Of a stretch of DNA of 64,000 bases, positions 36,446-49,724 are shown piece after piece. This DNA is from Ginglymostoma cirratum (lineage: Eukaryota): assembly GCA_024137785.1 (NCBI GenBank), contig JAHRHZ010000047.1, positions 10,831,735 through 10,895,734 on the forward strand, read 5' to 3'. The notes beneath the pieces are model-generated. The model ran no database searches, had not been told where the DNA came from, and worked only from the letters and a program-made list of their open reading frames with translations. Numbering within the stretch: position 1 is the stretch's first letter; each line of letters opens with the position of its first letter. Position numbers and translations under genes: made by a program.

Positions 36446-39400
36446 ATTACAGATCTGCACAGACACAACTTAATCCCTCAAGGACCACACTTCAAGGGTC
36501 AATGTTTTAAACAAACTTCGCTCCTATGACCCAATGGTTTAGATGACTTTGACTATTCCACAGCACCACAATAAGTAAATGAGGGCACTTCAGCACTGTA
36601 ATTAACATTCCTTCTTTATTTGCTTCCACAAAACAAAGGTAAATCATTTCTGTAAGTGAGATCTTATTGTTGACCTAACAGTTGAAAAGAACTGATGAGG
36701 GAGAGAGAGAAAACTGTTCTGGTCTCTCAAATCTGCTGGGGGCTTCCAGCATTTTCTGTTTTTATTTCTGTTTCAGCATCCTTAACATTTTGCTTTCATA
36801 CAAACGAGGGAAACCAGTCTGGCCCACCAAAGTGCCAGCACAGACAGAACACTCAATGCCCTTGAGACAATTACCTACGCTTCCAAAATATTTAAAATGT
36901 ATTTAGCATAGATAAACCAGTGCACGGGTAGCAGTTTCTCGTGAATTTATAAAGTCTAACTGAAGCTGGGAGCAGAAGCAAGCTGCTGCCTAAGACTGGA
37001 ATTTACTACTGGAAGTGGTGACTGGTGGCTTTTATAAATGTACTGTTAAAACAAAAATGCTACATTATCTGGTGAAATTCTGGACACTGAGATCTAATTG
37101 ACTGACTCATACTTACATCAAATATTTGAGTCACTTTTAAGGGGCGTGAGCTTCAGTAGGAACTCCCACACACACTTGGGATGACAAATGAAACATGATG
37201 CATTTTGAATAAAGCAAAGCAAAGCAAATCAGAAACATATGACATGCAACTTAATGGGGAAATGACCAGAAATTGCTTTTCCAAGCCACAGAGGAGACTG
37301 CAGTAATAGGATCTAAACCCTCCTATTCAGATGCAAAAGTCAATTTACTGATTCAGAGCCCTCTCAAGGGGGAAGGTAATTGATGCTAATTGGACAATAC
37401 TGAGGTGGTGCCTGCCATATTGAAGCATGAACTACAGTGTAAGCATCCATGTCAAACACTTACATAACCAGGCCTCAGAAGACAAAGTTGCAACATCAAA
37501 TTAATTTTTCAGGTAATGGTGGTGTATGAACATATGGCATTTAAGTCTGCCTTGGCAAAATGCTCATCTTCTAAAAGAAAGACAACTTTCCTGTTTGTTC
37601 ATTGGAATCACAAGCAAATAATTGATCATTTTACCCCATCTCAAAGTGTGAACAGAGGAAGGTTATACTCTAGTGACTAACTCCTTTTAAGATCAAGAAA
37701 AAATAGGCAGTGCTTAAATATAGCATCCTCAAAGACCCAATTTTCTATTGCAAATGCACCTGTACAAAGGTCATTGCTTTTAAAGAGTTTCACTGACTTG
37801 GGCCAATACTACCTATCTGGACTTGTCCATTTGCTCATGATTTTTAATTTCCATCATACCTGGGGATCAGAACCAATCAATTTTAAAAAGTAAATTTAAA
37901 AAAACTTCAATTGTACAACAGTAGCAAGGACTGAACTGCAGTACTGTACCAGAAGAGCCCCATATTAGTATATGCGTACTCTCAATCACAACTCCAGATC
38001 GTATTTGATTCATTAAAATAATATTACCCTATTACATGAAAACTGTAAATTATTTGCTACAGGTTAACAGTGTAATTAAAATCATGAATTCCACAGTAAT
38101 CCCGAAGAACAAAAGTCCAGATCTTGAGGTTTTCCCCCTGCAAATAAAGTGGTCATAGAGGAGCACAAAGTGAACAGTCTTAAATATAACTTAAAATGTT
38201 AATCATTAATGAAAATTAGGAACAATTAGCTAAAATACCCAGGACCAAGCTACAGGATGAACAGCTGTTTCTGCTCATTAGTTTCAGTCCATTAAATTAA
38301 AGATTAGTAAACAGCCCCTTAAAAAGCACAGAGGAAAGAAGTCGATTTTAAAAATCAAAAAAGAGAGGGATTCCACTCACTTAGTGAAAAAATACAAGTC
38401 CAAACAACTTCAACCCATAAGCTCAAAGCCAAATGATGCTGTACAGATGCAGCACTATCACCGAAATGGTTAAATATGAATCATGTATGCAAAGTAAACA
38501 ATATTTCCACAAACCATGATTTGCAGTAGAGGTTTGGATCATTACATACAACACTGGAAATGTTCACAAGTCCAAAGGAAATATTTAGAGAAAATCTGAA
38601 TTCCTTTAAGAATTACAGAAGTTTGAAATTACTCAAATTTAAATTACATTCTGAATTTAGTCCTCAGCACAGTGCAAGGCGCAACAGAAAATATAACAGC
38701 TCTTAGTTGATGAGAATACGCACAGCACAACACTGCATGGGGCAGCAAATGCTTAACACAGCATTAAAAAGGATCAAAGCTTTTAAGATTAAAAAATACT
38801 GAAACACTCAATCTGTGGAGATGCTTTCAGAAATGTAGATTTCAATCACTATCCCAAGAATAAGCTATCACAATCAAAGTAGAATTCCTCAAAAAAAAGA
38901 ACTGAGTGAAATATAAACATTATACAATGATTAATTGCCTGAATAAATTTAATTAAAAAAAACCCGAAAATGTTCAGAATCATCTTTCATTTGCTCATAA
39001 ATGTCACCCAATGATAAGCCGGATGCAGTAGTTCTGGTTGTTTCTTCCCTTCACTACAAGATGGCAGCACTGGAACTCAAACTGCTACAGTTCCAGAAAG
39101 TTCCATGGATCTTGGTATTTTGCCAACTCCAATCGCCATTTTAAAGCATTCTACTTCCACCATTTCAGAACAACATCAGTACCCAATCAAAAGAGTGACT
39201 ATCTCTAATTTCAGACTATGCATAGGATGTTAAGAACCACTCAATAAGTCCAACTCCAGTCCTTTGGCCCAACAATGCATCCATGAATCCCAACATCGAG
39301 CACTTTTATTCATTTTTTTTTGTAAATTATGATGTTTACTTTGTTCACACAGCCAAGAACTTAATTTCTATCAAACCTAGCACTCATTAGGGGAAGGGCA

Positions 39401-39473
39401 AGCCCATGTGGTGATATTTTTTTCTTCCAACTAAGATTAGCAATGCAGTATCCCAGTATCCTTTCGCCCCAGT

Positions 39474-39700
39474 CGGGCAGTGGTTAGCTCAGTTGGCTAG
39501 ACTGCTGGTAGTCAATACAGTGATTCCAACAACTCGTGTTCGATTCCCACACCAGCCGCGGTTGCCATGAAGGTCCTACCTTCTCAACCTTGCACCATGC
39601 CTGAGGCCTGGTGACCCTTAGGTTCAACTCACAGCTAGTCAGCTCTCCCTAACGAGCGCGCAGCCTTATGGTCCTCTAGGGCAATGGTGACTTTATTCTT
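39474..39700 (+). mobile_element. tRNA-derived SINE, second family
   Basis: GGTTAGCTCAGTTGG and GTTCGATTCCC boxes; similar to 44532-44750 and to 3398-3575 (reverse). Confidence 0.75.
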
Positions 39701-39749
39701 TTCTTCCATACTCTAGGGTTCAGAGTTTGAGAGATAATTCTCATCTTGG

Positions 39750-40600
39750 GTCTTGGATAACGCTGCATTAGCCAAGAGGAGGCTGATCTTTGATCCTGCA
39801 CCAACACAATGAGAGAGTTGGAAACATTTGGGCCAGTGGTAAGGTGTTGGATATCTTTTCAGTAAAGAGCGGCATAAAGCAAGGATACGTTGTTGCCCCT
39901 CAATTTGGCAAACTGTCACCAGAGACAGGGCTGTAAGTATAAACATTGTTCCTCTCAGAGAAGCTGTTCAATCGCTCCTGGCTCCGTGTCTCCACTTCAG
40001 TCTGTCAGTTGATTGTGCTCTAGTTGCCAACAACGTCCAAGACTACGGCAAGCATATCCTTGAGTGCCACGAAAATAGTTGGTCCCTGAATCAATGGTTC
40101 CATGTCTGAGGTTATGTTAGTGCCAGTACCAGGCACATGTTACGAAGCACCATACGTAACGATTGGTGGCACAAGTCTAAAAGAAAATCAAACCTTAAGT
40201 AACTGTCCTCGCCAGCCTGTTGTATGGTGCTCAATTCTTGATCTACTATAGGCATTACAACAAAAGAGCGCTTCCACCAAAAGCATCCAAGCTCTATTAT
40301 GAGAATTCAATAATAACATGACAATGGGTTCAAGAAGATGGATAGGTGGCCACTCCACAGAAAATTCAGCTTAAATGGGAAGTCACATTCCCACATGGAT
40401 GACCACAGAATTCTCAAGCAGATCTTCTTATGGAAAGCTGTTCTGCAGCAAACATCACTTTCATCAGTTAAAATAATAAAAGGAAACCCTAAAAAAGACA
40501 AGCTTCTGCATTGCAGACCTCCTCTCTGGGGATAACTCTGCAGCTGATTGGAACCTCATGGAGGCAAGCACTGAAGTATGGTTTCCATTATCATTCACAC
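39750..40600 (+). mobile_element. Degenerate RTE-clade LINE remnant
   Basis: HMDDHRILKQIF resembles the RTE C-terminal motif HV.RM.D.RIPKQ.LYGEL; the upstream RT is decayed. Confidence 0.55.
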
Positions 40601-42394
40601 AAAACATGAACCATCTAGCATGCCCAAGGGATCTCTGAAGCATTGATTATGATAACATAAAATGCCATTTCTGTAGTGCTCAAGTCAATCACGCATCTGA
40701 ATTTTTAATGGGTCCATTCGTGACAGATGACAATGAAGTTATTTACAATTTGGACATTCTCAAATAATGAGAAATCTGTCACCATTCTTCCCTTTCCATT
40801 CCCAATTTGCTTCAGATTTTCCCAAAGTAGCGACTCTTCATCAGCAGTAAAAGATGAGCCAACTCCAAGCTGGAACCACAGTAACTCAAGAATACACTCA
40901 CAAAAAGGTATCTAGATTTAAACCAACGCAACATATCAGACATTACCTATATGAAAGTGAGTTCCACATATCATCAGATTTCAGATTCAAACTACCATGT
41001 TCAGGTAACGGTACTGGCATCACAATTCAGAGGGACACAAAGACTGCAAAACAGAAATCCGAAGATTCCTATTTCTCTGTTCAGTGATCTTTGCTAGAAA
41101 TAACAAGACATGGATTCTGATTAATGAGATTTAGTTCTGCTGAGAAGCCACTAATGTGTGATCATCATAATGTAAGCCTAGCTTGTGGCTCAAGTCTGGT
41201 CACTGGGCAAATCAATGCCTCTTGAAGCAGGGAGGAAAAAATATCCAAAATTTTATTATGGAGGATCAAGTTCAAGCAAGTTTGAGAAAAAACACAAAGC
41301 AACATAAAACCCCAAATATCAATGCATGCAGCACCATCTTCAACTAATAGATGACCCAGTCGCAGCTTGTAAACTTACATCTTACAAACAGCTTAGTGTC
41401 ATTCGCATCAAACAGAAATTTATGCAAACCAGAAGCAGCAACGTAAAAGGTCATCCAAACACAGAATGGCACACTCAAGGATTTTGTTTTGAAAATACAA
41501 TGCAGGATTCCTCCTCCAGCAATCTGTACCTCAAATCAGACAGAACCCAGGACTCATGCGTTAAGTCTATGCAGGATAAGAAGTCTTTCATTGTTGCCAA
41601 CTTAAAGTTATTATAGCTGGGACCAAGGGGCTATAAACAATTTCCTAAGTCAAATAAGGAAGCGCAAAAATCCTAATGAGAATGATGCTGTAAGTAGGGT
41701 TTCAGTCAACAAATGGAGGAAATGCTTTTGAATTCTTTCATGTCATCACAAATTGGTATGAGACTTCTTCACTGCGGAGACCAATTTTTCTTTTCCCTGA
41801 CATTGTATAGAAACATAAAACTTAAATTGAATTGGATTAGATACTAAAGTACAATAAAATCTGGTTACTTAAAATTAACCCAATTTCAACTGCTATTCCA
41901 GAAGACATGGTCTTACAGAACTTATCCTGCCAACTTTATCAAACAAAACAGACGGCAGTGACTGACATTCTGGAGACCCTCCAGCTTACTACACAATTGC
42001 TACCAGCATATATGCTTTTCTCCAGCACTGTTAGTGCAATTAATCAGCCCAAGGTGCTGAACAGTGGGAAGAAAAAAAGATTCAAATACTAGGAGGTCAC
42101 AAAATTATCAGCTAAAGGGTGATATAAACTGCAAAGGCAGGGCACGAGGCTCGGATGACAACCAAAGCATCAGGTTACAGTTCAATATGGTGCTGAGGAC
42201 CAAAGCAAATGTGAGGTTTGGTGTGAAAGACTGTACACTAAGACTGATATATCAGACCTGAATAAGCTGGTAAAGGCAGACATCATGATTTACTAAATGT
42301 TTGCATTTCAAACTTCTCAAGGAGAAATTTTAGACAGACATGACCATTGCCCTAGATCCATAAGAAAACTTGCATAGTGCAACCTTGCAATTAG

Positions 42395-42870
42395 CCACCA
42401 CATTATAGGAAGGATCTGATTGTTTTAGAGGGGATGCAGAGGAGATTCCCCTGGGAGTTGTTTGGGCTGAAGTATTTATTTATGAACACAGACTACATTG
42501 GCTGGGGTTACTTAGAACAGAGAAAGCTCAGGCAGGGATCTAATTGAGATGTACAAAACGATAAGGGGCATAGATAGCAGAGATAGAAAGAAACATACCT
42601 TCTCAATAGAGGGATCAATAATCAAGGGGAAGGTAAAGGGCAGCAGGTTTAGAGAGGAAGCAAGACAATACTTTTTTGCACCCAGAGACTGCTGAGTAGT
42701 TGCAATTCTTTTCCTTAAAGGTGTGGTAGTAGCAGGAACCATCGCAACATACAAAATGTCAGATGATCACATCATAAGTGCCACTGCATACAAGGCCATG
42801 GGCCAACTACTGGAAAACAGATTAAAGATGCTTGGTGGCTGTCCTGACCATGATGGACTGAAAGGCCTCT
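42395..42870 (+). mobile_element. CR1 3' fragment, degenerate
   Basis: CCACATTATAGGAAGGAT..GCAGAGGAGATT and ATTGAGATGTACAAAA segments. Confidence 0.75.
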
Positions 42871-44531
42871 CGCTGTGCGGTAAAATTTTATTGCAAGGCC
42901 TGGTTCAAGTAATTCTTGTGCTACGAACCTCCATCTTCCGACCCCTCTCAAACAACTTAAAATGACTAACGTAATCTGCAGAAATTTTTCCATCTAACTC
43001 GGGTTTCCCAATTTGTGTACACAAAAACATTTAAACACATTTTACGCTTCACTAAAAATCAAATGCACAATTGTTCAAACAAAGTAAACAAAGGCAGGCT
43101 AGTTAATCGCATGAAAGGCTCCAATTAGTTATTGTACATGTTTTCCTGATTGGTGCCCAATGCAAATCCTGTATTACTTAAGTCTTCATTATAAATCAAG
43201 AGTATGAATAACCCATAAGGTTTCCTGTGTTGGCTTCCACGTTAAGTTGCATGCTGTTTTGTAATTATTTGACGTATTTGTAATGTGACTCTCACACCAA
43301 TTTACTTTTTACAAGAAAATAAAGAAAACTGTTCTTTTAACTGAAAAAGTTGCAGAGAGCAACACTTTAGAAGAAAAATGTGCCCTATGTATTTTTGCAT
43401 CTGGACAGAAGAGAATGAAATAGTATAAAGGAAAACTGACAGAGGCAGTCCCAGAATTTGCACTGAAATACAACAGGAAATATTAATCATGGTAAATGAA
43501 GTTTAAAGTCAGTTTGTGTATCGTAAGTCATGACATGTCCTGCTCATGCTCTATTTCCCTCCTCCTCTCCCCTAAGTATTTATATTTACTTATCTACTAC
43601 TTTTGGCCTCATTAAACAGTCAATGATCATATAATTCCTGCTGAAAATACATTGATAACTTGTAAATGCACTTTTCCATTGACACAATCTCACACGATGC
43701 AAGTCTAAGTGTGATTCTCAGTACAAAAGATAAAATTTCTTGATTACAAAAAGTAGAGACCATATCAACAGCAGATAGACTTAAGCAATAACATCTACAC
43801 TAGAGTGACTACTCTGGTTGAAAAAAGAAATAAGGTAAAACAAACAGGAGATTTACACCCAAATCTAACCTAAACTGATGCGATGCAAGTTTCCCAATTG
43901 CTGATGGGAACTACGGCAGAATTCACCATTTGTTCCTGTAGAGGCAAAATTATAAGTCTTTCACCTGCACTCACCCCAGACAACTAGGGGTGGCCAGTTA
44001 TGATAATACAACTGAAAATCAAATGAGATAAATTTGCATAGTCTAAATTCAAGCCTGCTGGAAGGGGAGAAAAAAAATGTTAATCAGCTAGACACATGGG
44101 AAGTCTCAGGATGGACGGTGAGAGACTTGGAAGTACATCACACTGGGGCAGGAAGCATTGTTCTTTTAAAATTGTATGCGCAGGTCTTGAACAGATTGTA
44201 GTTAGCAAAGTCATCAGGCTCTTTGTGCTGTATGACTCCAAGATGACAATTATACTTAAATGAGACTGTTACCCACCCACTGAGTGTATTATCCATTTCT
44301 GAAAATTACAAAAAAGGTGGTCAGGAATGTGCTGGCTTGGATAACTAAATCTCAATTAATTGCTCAGTTCACTTTTGAATCTCTCTCCTAGAATGGTCTT
44401 CATAAGTACCACCAGAAATGTCACAGTATCTCTCTCACACATGGGTCAGGAAGACAATATTTTGTTACTAATTCTGACCCAGGATGTTCACTCATCCTCA
44501 CTTTTTTTTTTTTAAGATAGATGTGTCTAGT

Positions 44532-44750
44532 GGGGGCCAGTTAGCTCAGGTGGCCAGACAGCTAGTTTGCAGTGCGGAATGACACCAAGTGTGTTGACTC
44601 AATTTCGCAACCAGCTGAGATTACCATAAAGGACTTTGCTTCTCAACCTTGTCAGAGGCATGCTCGCCCTCGGGTTAAATCACCACCAGTTGCCTTTCTC
44701 TCATGAGCGTCTGCAGCCCTATAGTCTAGTAAGACTATGGCAACTTTATC
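44532..44750 (+). mobile_element. tRNA-derived SINE, second family
   Basis: GTTAGCTCAGGTGG..TTCTCAACCTT..CAGCCCTATAGTCT, homologous to the 39474 copy. Confidence 0.72.
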
Positions 44751-45054
44751 TTTGTGTTTCTCGAGGACAAAATTTCTGTTACGACAGTCAAGATGCAAAC
44801 CAGTACAGTACGGTCACCACATGATGAATAGAGCAACACAAGAACATTCTATAAAAACTCATGACAAATCTGAGCAAAGAATCTCACTATGCAATCCGAG
44901 TCCCTTTCATTCCTTAGATGAATCATCTTGACTATTTTTGGAGGAGTATAACAGAGAAATGACGTATTTCAGTGAGAGGGGCAGACCATGTGCTCATGCT
45001 GGTGATACTCCAAATCAGGAATTCTCTACTCCAATCCCATTTCACCTCTTTCTC

Positions 45055-45143
45055 CGATAACAAGGTGTAGAGCTGGATGAACACAGCAGGCCAAGCAGCA
45101 TCAGAGGAGCAGGAAGGCTGATGTTTCGGGCTGAGACCCTTCA
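45055..45143 (-). mobile_element. Short Penelope-like 3' fragment with target-site duplication
   Basis: Flanked by the direct repeat TTCACCTCTTTCTC (45041-45054 and 45140-45153). Minus strand reads TGAAGGGTCTCAGCCCGAAACATC. Confidence 0.75.
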
Positions 45144-46242
45144 CCTCTTTCTCTGCCTTGACACTTAGTTTATCCTGAAAACATTGCTAGATTTCAGCAG
45201 CCCCTTGTTGCATATGCCACATTTTAATAATTCTACAATTGGCAGCCAATTTGCCCCCAGTAAATAACTTGGTAGTCCATTTCTATGATATTAATGGAGG
45301 GAGAAATACTGACCAGGAAACTGGGAAATAAAATATTGCCTTTGGACTTCTTAAATCAGCTGACAGAAAAATAATGAACACTTGGAAACACATAGCTAAG
45401 TGGTGGATGAAGAGAGATAAGCTTTTGAAGAACAGGTTCGTATTTTAGTTGAAGGTCAAATTCTGATCCAGAATTTTCAACGAAAACCTTTGCTTGTTTT
45501 TATGTCTTTCAGATAGCTGACGAATATCTTGTAGCCATCATTTTCTCTGCCTGAGAAACATATTTTAGACTCATTAATGACTTAATCAGTCTCTTCTGGT
45601 CGTGTACACCCCTATGTGAAAGAACCGTACATGAACTACAACTTACTCTACATGACCACATGAATAGTGCCAATTTAAGTATAATAATAATGCCCAGGAA
45701 GTAGACAGGGAGAAAATTAGCTCGAAGCACGAAGGAGAAAATTACCTTGAAACATATTCAATGATATTTCATGCGGCACTGAAAAATGTTGCAGTGTTAA
45801 AACAGTTGCCTTTCAGCTGAGGTGTTCATCATTCTTTGTTCTGGTGAATGCACAAATCTCTACTGCAGTATGTGAAGAGTAGAGAGATTACTCATTGGTG
45901 CTACTACTTTTGACCATCAACGAATTCACATTCACATTTATTTATTGCAAATACAGTGAAAAGTGTTGCTTAGTGTCCCCACTCACCAGCACCATTGTAA
46001 AACACAAACTAAACCAAAAAAAAATATAAAAAAACAGAAAAATAAAACAGCATTTTTTTTTGCAATTTGTGGGATCTGCTCTACCATTAGTATAACAACA
46101 GCTACATTTCAAAAGCATTTAATTAGCTGAAAGCAGTTTGGGCTTGTCCGAGATTGTGAAAAACTTCATTAATGCTACCTTTTCTTCTAAAGGTCACTAC
46201 ACATCAAAGTAAGTGTATGAAGGCCATTGAAAGGATACAAGT

Positions 46243-46630
46243 TGTGGCTCAGTGGTAGCACTTTTGCAGTGAGCCAGAAAGTTGTTCATTCAATGGCTCA
46301 CTCTAGCACTTGAGCACAAAAAATCAACGCCAACATTCTACTGTAACATAAAGGAATTGCCAATTTTGGGAATAAAAGGATCTCTACTGGCATTTCATCC
46401 CAAGTGGTGGCAGAAGATCACAAAGTATTATTTAATTCGCTAGTCTCATGATCAATATTAATCCATCAACATCACACAAACAAACAATCACGTTCCTGTT
46501 TGTAGAAGCTTTCTGTGGACAAATTGGAAGCCTTGTTTCACCACTATAACCATGACCAACCTTCTGAAGTTCTTTCCAGGCAGTGAAGTGCTTTGGGACA
46601 TCCTACAGTCATGAAAAGTTCTATGGGAAA
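46243..46630 (+). mobile_element. Ancient Deu-domain-like SINE (related fragments at 10395-10860 and 45770-46185)
   Basis: GTGGCTCAGTGGTAGCAC head, CTTGAGCACAAAAAATC core, and L2-like tail GCTTTGGGACATCCT. Confidence 0.55.
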
Positions 46631-49600
46631 GGTAATGCTTTTCTTTCAAAATCCAAGGATCAAAACTTCTGTGACTAATGAAATGTAGTCTTATACAACC
46701 ATAGGGTATATTGTTACTAAAGAACGAACAACTTTTCCAAGACAAGAGAAAACTGGATTGCCACAGCTGCAATGGCAGCAACAGCTTTTATTGGTTAGCT
46801 CGGAGTCTCCTATTTATTAGTTGCTTGGTATTACAGAACTTGAGCAGTCCTGAAAAAAAAACAAAGCTTTTTTGCCTTGCAGTCATCCAGATAATTCATC
46901 AGAATACTAATAACATTTTTACTAAATGCCAGTGGAATACTAACCAGTTTTCAACTGGACTCTGGTTGGTAAAGCATTGCCATGGGAATGCACCCTTTAA
47001 TGACAACTGACTTAACTGTCAGGCTTTGCTTCAATTTCAAACCAATCAACTTGACTCAGATTTCCTCAGGACAAAACTAGCAAATATTAGTCACCTGTTT
47101 AGTTGAGTTGAAACAGGCACACTGCACATAGGACGAAATGTTTCAACAAAGTGTACTTATTATTTCCTTTATGTTTGCTAGAAGGGGGTGGGGTGAATTG
47201 TTTACCAATGTATTTTCTGTCACTTATGACAGAAACTGCTGTTTGAACTTATAGCAGCTGTACCTAAATAAGGCCATCAAAAGTTTCACACTTCGATGCG
47301 ATCTCGTGGGCTGCTGCTTCAAATTTTGCATTCATTCTTCCAGCGCAGTAGAAGCATGAACTTGCTCTTTGCCACATGCTCTTCTAAAGACCAAGAGGAT
47401 GATTTGCCGAGTCCAAAAATACATGCAATTCAATAACAAAATGAAAGTAAAACTTTGGCTGCGGGTAGTCTGCTCGAAAGGCCAAACCACTTTTGCTCCA
47501 CAAGTGTATTTTTAAAAAAAGGCTGAATTTCGAGACTGTTTAAATGACTAGCATGTGACGATCCTCACTCCACTAGAGTAACAGGACAATGGTAAATAAT
47601 TAGAATAGCCAACCATGGCTATCAACTGTGCAGAAATTAAAGGAAATTGCAAGTATGAGAAAACATTAAATCAATTAATTTTAAATGGGTCAGGATAGTC
47701 AAATGTTACACAACACAGGGTACCATCAATCCCTGCTATTCTCTGAGTCATCATAGGAGTTTTTTAAAAAATTTATCTGATTTTCAGTTCAGGAAAATAC
47801 AGATCAGGTTTCTGTACTTAAGAATTACTATTTATTACAAGTTAAGAGACTCTAGCTACAGATAAACAATTCTGAACTATCTAAAGGAAAGAAATGGGTG
47901 TTACAGGCAGAAGGTCAATTGGGGAAGCAGTTTAGTAGTCTCTTCACAGGATGTGCACAGACGGTTCTTGTGTTGATCCGAATGCTGCCTATCGGTCCGC
48001 CTTCTTTGGATGCTTTCACTGGCTTGCAGGAGGCTCAATGTTCACACATATAAAAGATCTGCGACTCACGAACTGAAAATGACAGATTACAGCATCTGTT
48101 AAAAGGAAGATGAATTAGTTTTCTTCAGGCTTACCTGCAGAGAACAGAGAGGTCCTGACCTGATGTAGATTGTAAGGTTTCTCACTATCTCATTCAGACC
48201 CCTAAGCTGGTCAGTTACACAAGATCCAGTTATATAATTCTTAGTAGGAAGCAGCCTTTGTCATCAGCCACTGGTCACTAGTCCACAAACTATTAACCTA
48301 CTCAATGCTAGCTGAGCTTCCATACACATTTAGCTCCAATTCATTTACAAATTACACTTCAACTACTGCTTGAACGGCAGATTTGTAAACAATGCTGACA
48401 ATGCATGTCAGGGTACTTGCTTTTCAAACTACAGTAATAATTAAACCAGGTTTTTTTAAAAAAGTCTTCTTCCCCATTTCAGTCCACATCAAAAAGTACA
48501 GAAAAATAAAAAATGCCTCCACACAAGAATATGCTGAAAGGATCCATTCCTATAGTCTTTGTTTGAAGAACTGTACTTAAGTAATCAGAGCACAGAACCA
48601 CGTAAATTGTGTAAATTGACTTAAGACTTTTACCTACACTGTTGTATATATTGCCTTTTCAGCCAAAGCCAATTTAACTAACAAGGACAACATTCAGCAT
48701 AAGGTCTAATTGACCAAATAGTTCTTGCTCTACCTGAATGATTCACATCAGTGTGTTAATCAAACCTATATACTTAGCATAGCAGCCCTGCTACCATACA
48801 AGTAATAATCAGGTCTGAACTAATAATTAAGAGAATGCATTAAATCCTGAGATGGCAGTATCAGAACTTAAATTCACTTTAAAGAAAACTTGGATAAGAA
48901 AAACAGTTATTGATAAATTCCAGATGGTTCATTACTGTCCTGAAGGAAAAGAAACCTGCCAATCCTTTCCTGGTCTGACCTGTGACCCCTATACCACCCC
49001 AATATAATTCATCCTGAATTGCCAACTTAAAAACAAAAAGAAACCTCACGGTCCTAGTGAATACTGGACAATGCTTTATAGGTCTCTGATCACCTCCTCT
49101 GCACAAGCAGAGACAGTAAAATAAATGCTGTTTTTTTTTTGCTAAGGATGCCCATGGCTTGACACTAAGTAAATAGATGAGGCAACATAGGCATTACTCC
49201 TTCATCAACAATTTCCCAGTGACCTTCTAAAACAATATGGCAAATGATAATAGCATGGCCATCTCTCGCCAGTACTGTAGCCAAACAAGCCAACCCAGTG
49301 TCCACCAACTAACTTTACCAAGTTTGGTAGTGCACACAAGACTAAATTAGGCTATTTTATGTAACATTTAATTAATTTTGACGCAATCATGGTTTTGGAT
49401 AGTTCACTCAAGAAGATAAGCCTCTTGACAGCATGATGGGAGTTCACCAAAAGGGAGAGGTGAAGAGGTTTAGAGATTATCCTTGAACTTGAGGGTTAGG
49501 CAGCAGCAAACACAGTCACCCATGGTGGAATGACTAATATCAAGAACTTGCAAGATGCCAGAATTTCAGAACCCTGGCCTCAAGCGAGGACTAAAAATCG

Positions 49601-49724
49601 TTAGAGAGGGTGAAACGAATATCAGAATTTGAAATTAAGGATAATGGTTTTCAAGTAGCGGTGATGTTGGAGCTAGGATCAGACTTGGTATGAGTTCTTT
49701 TTACATCAATAAATGGAATGTATG

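Noticed and set aside
19583-46300. tRNA genes suggested by A and B boxes
   Set aside because: The boxes are SINE heads followed by SINE bodies, and no complete cloverleaf is present.
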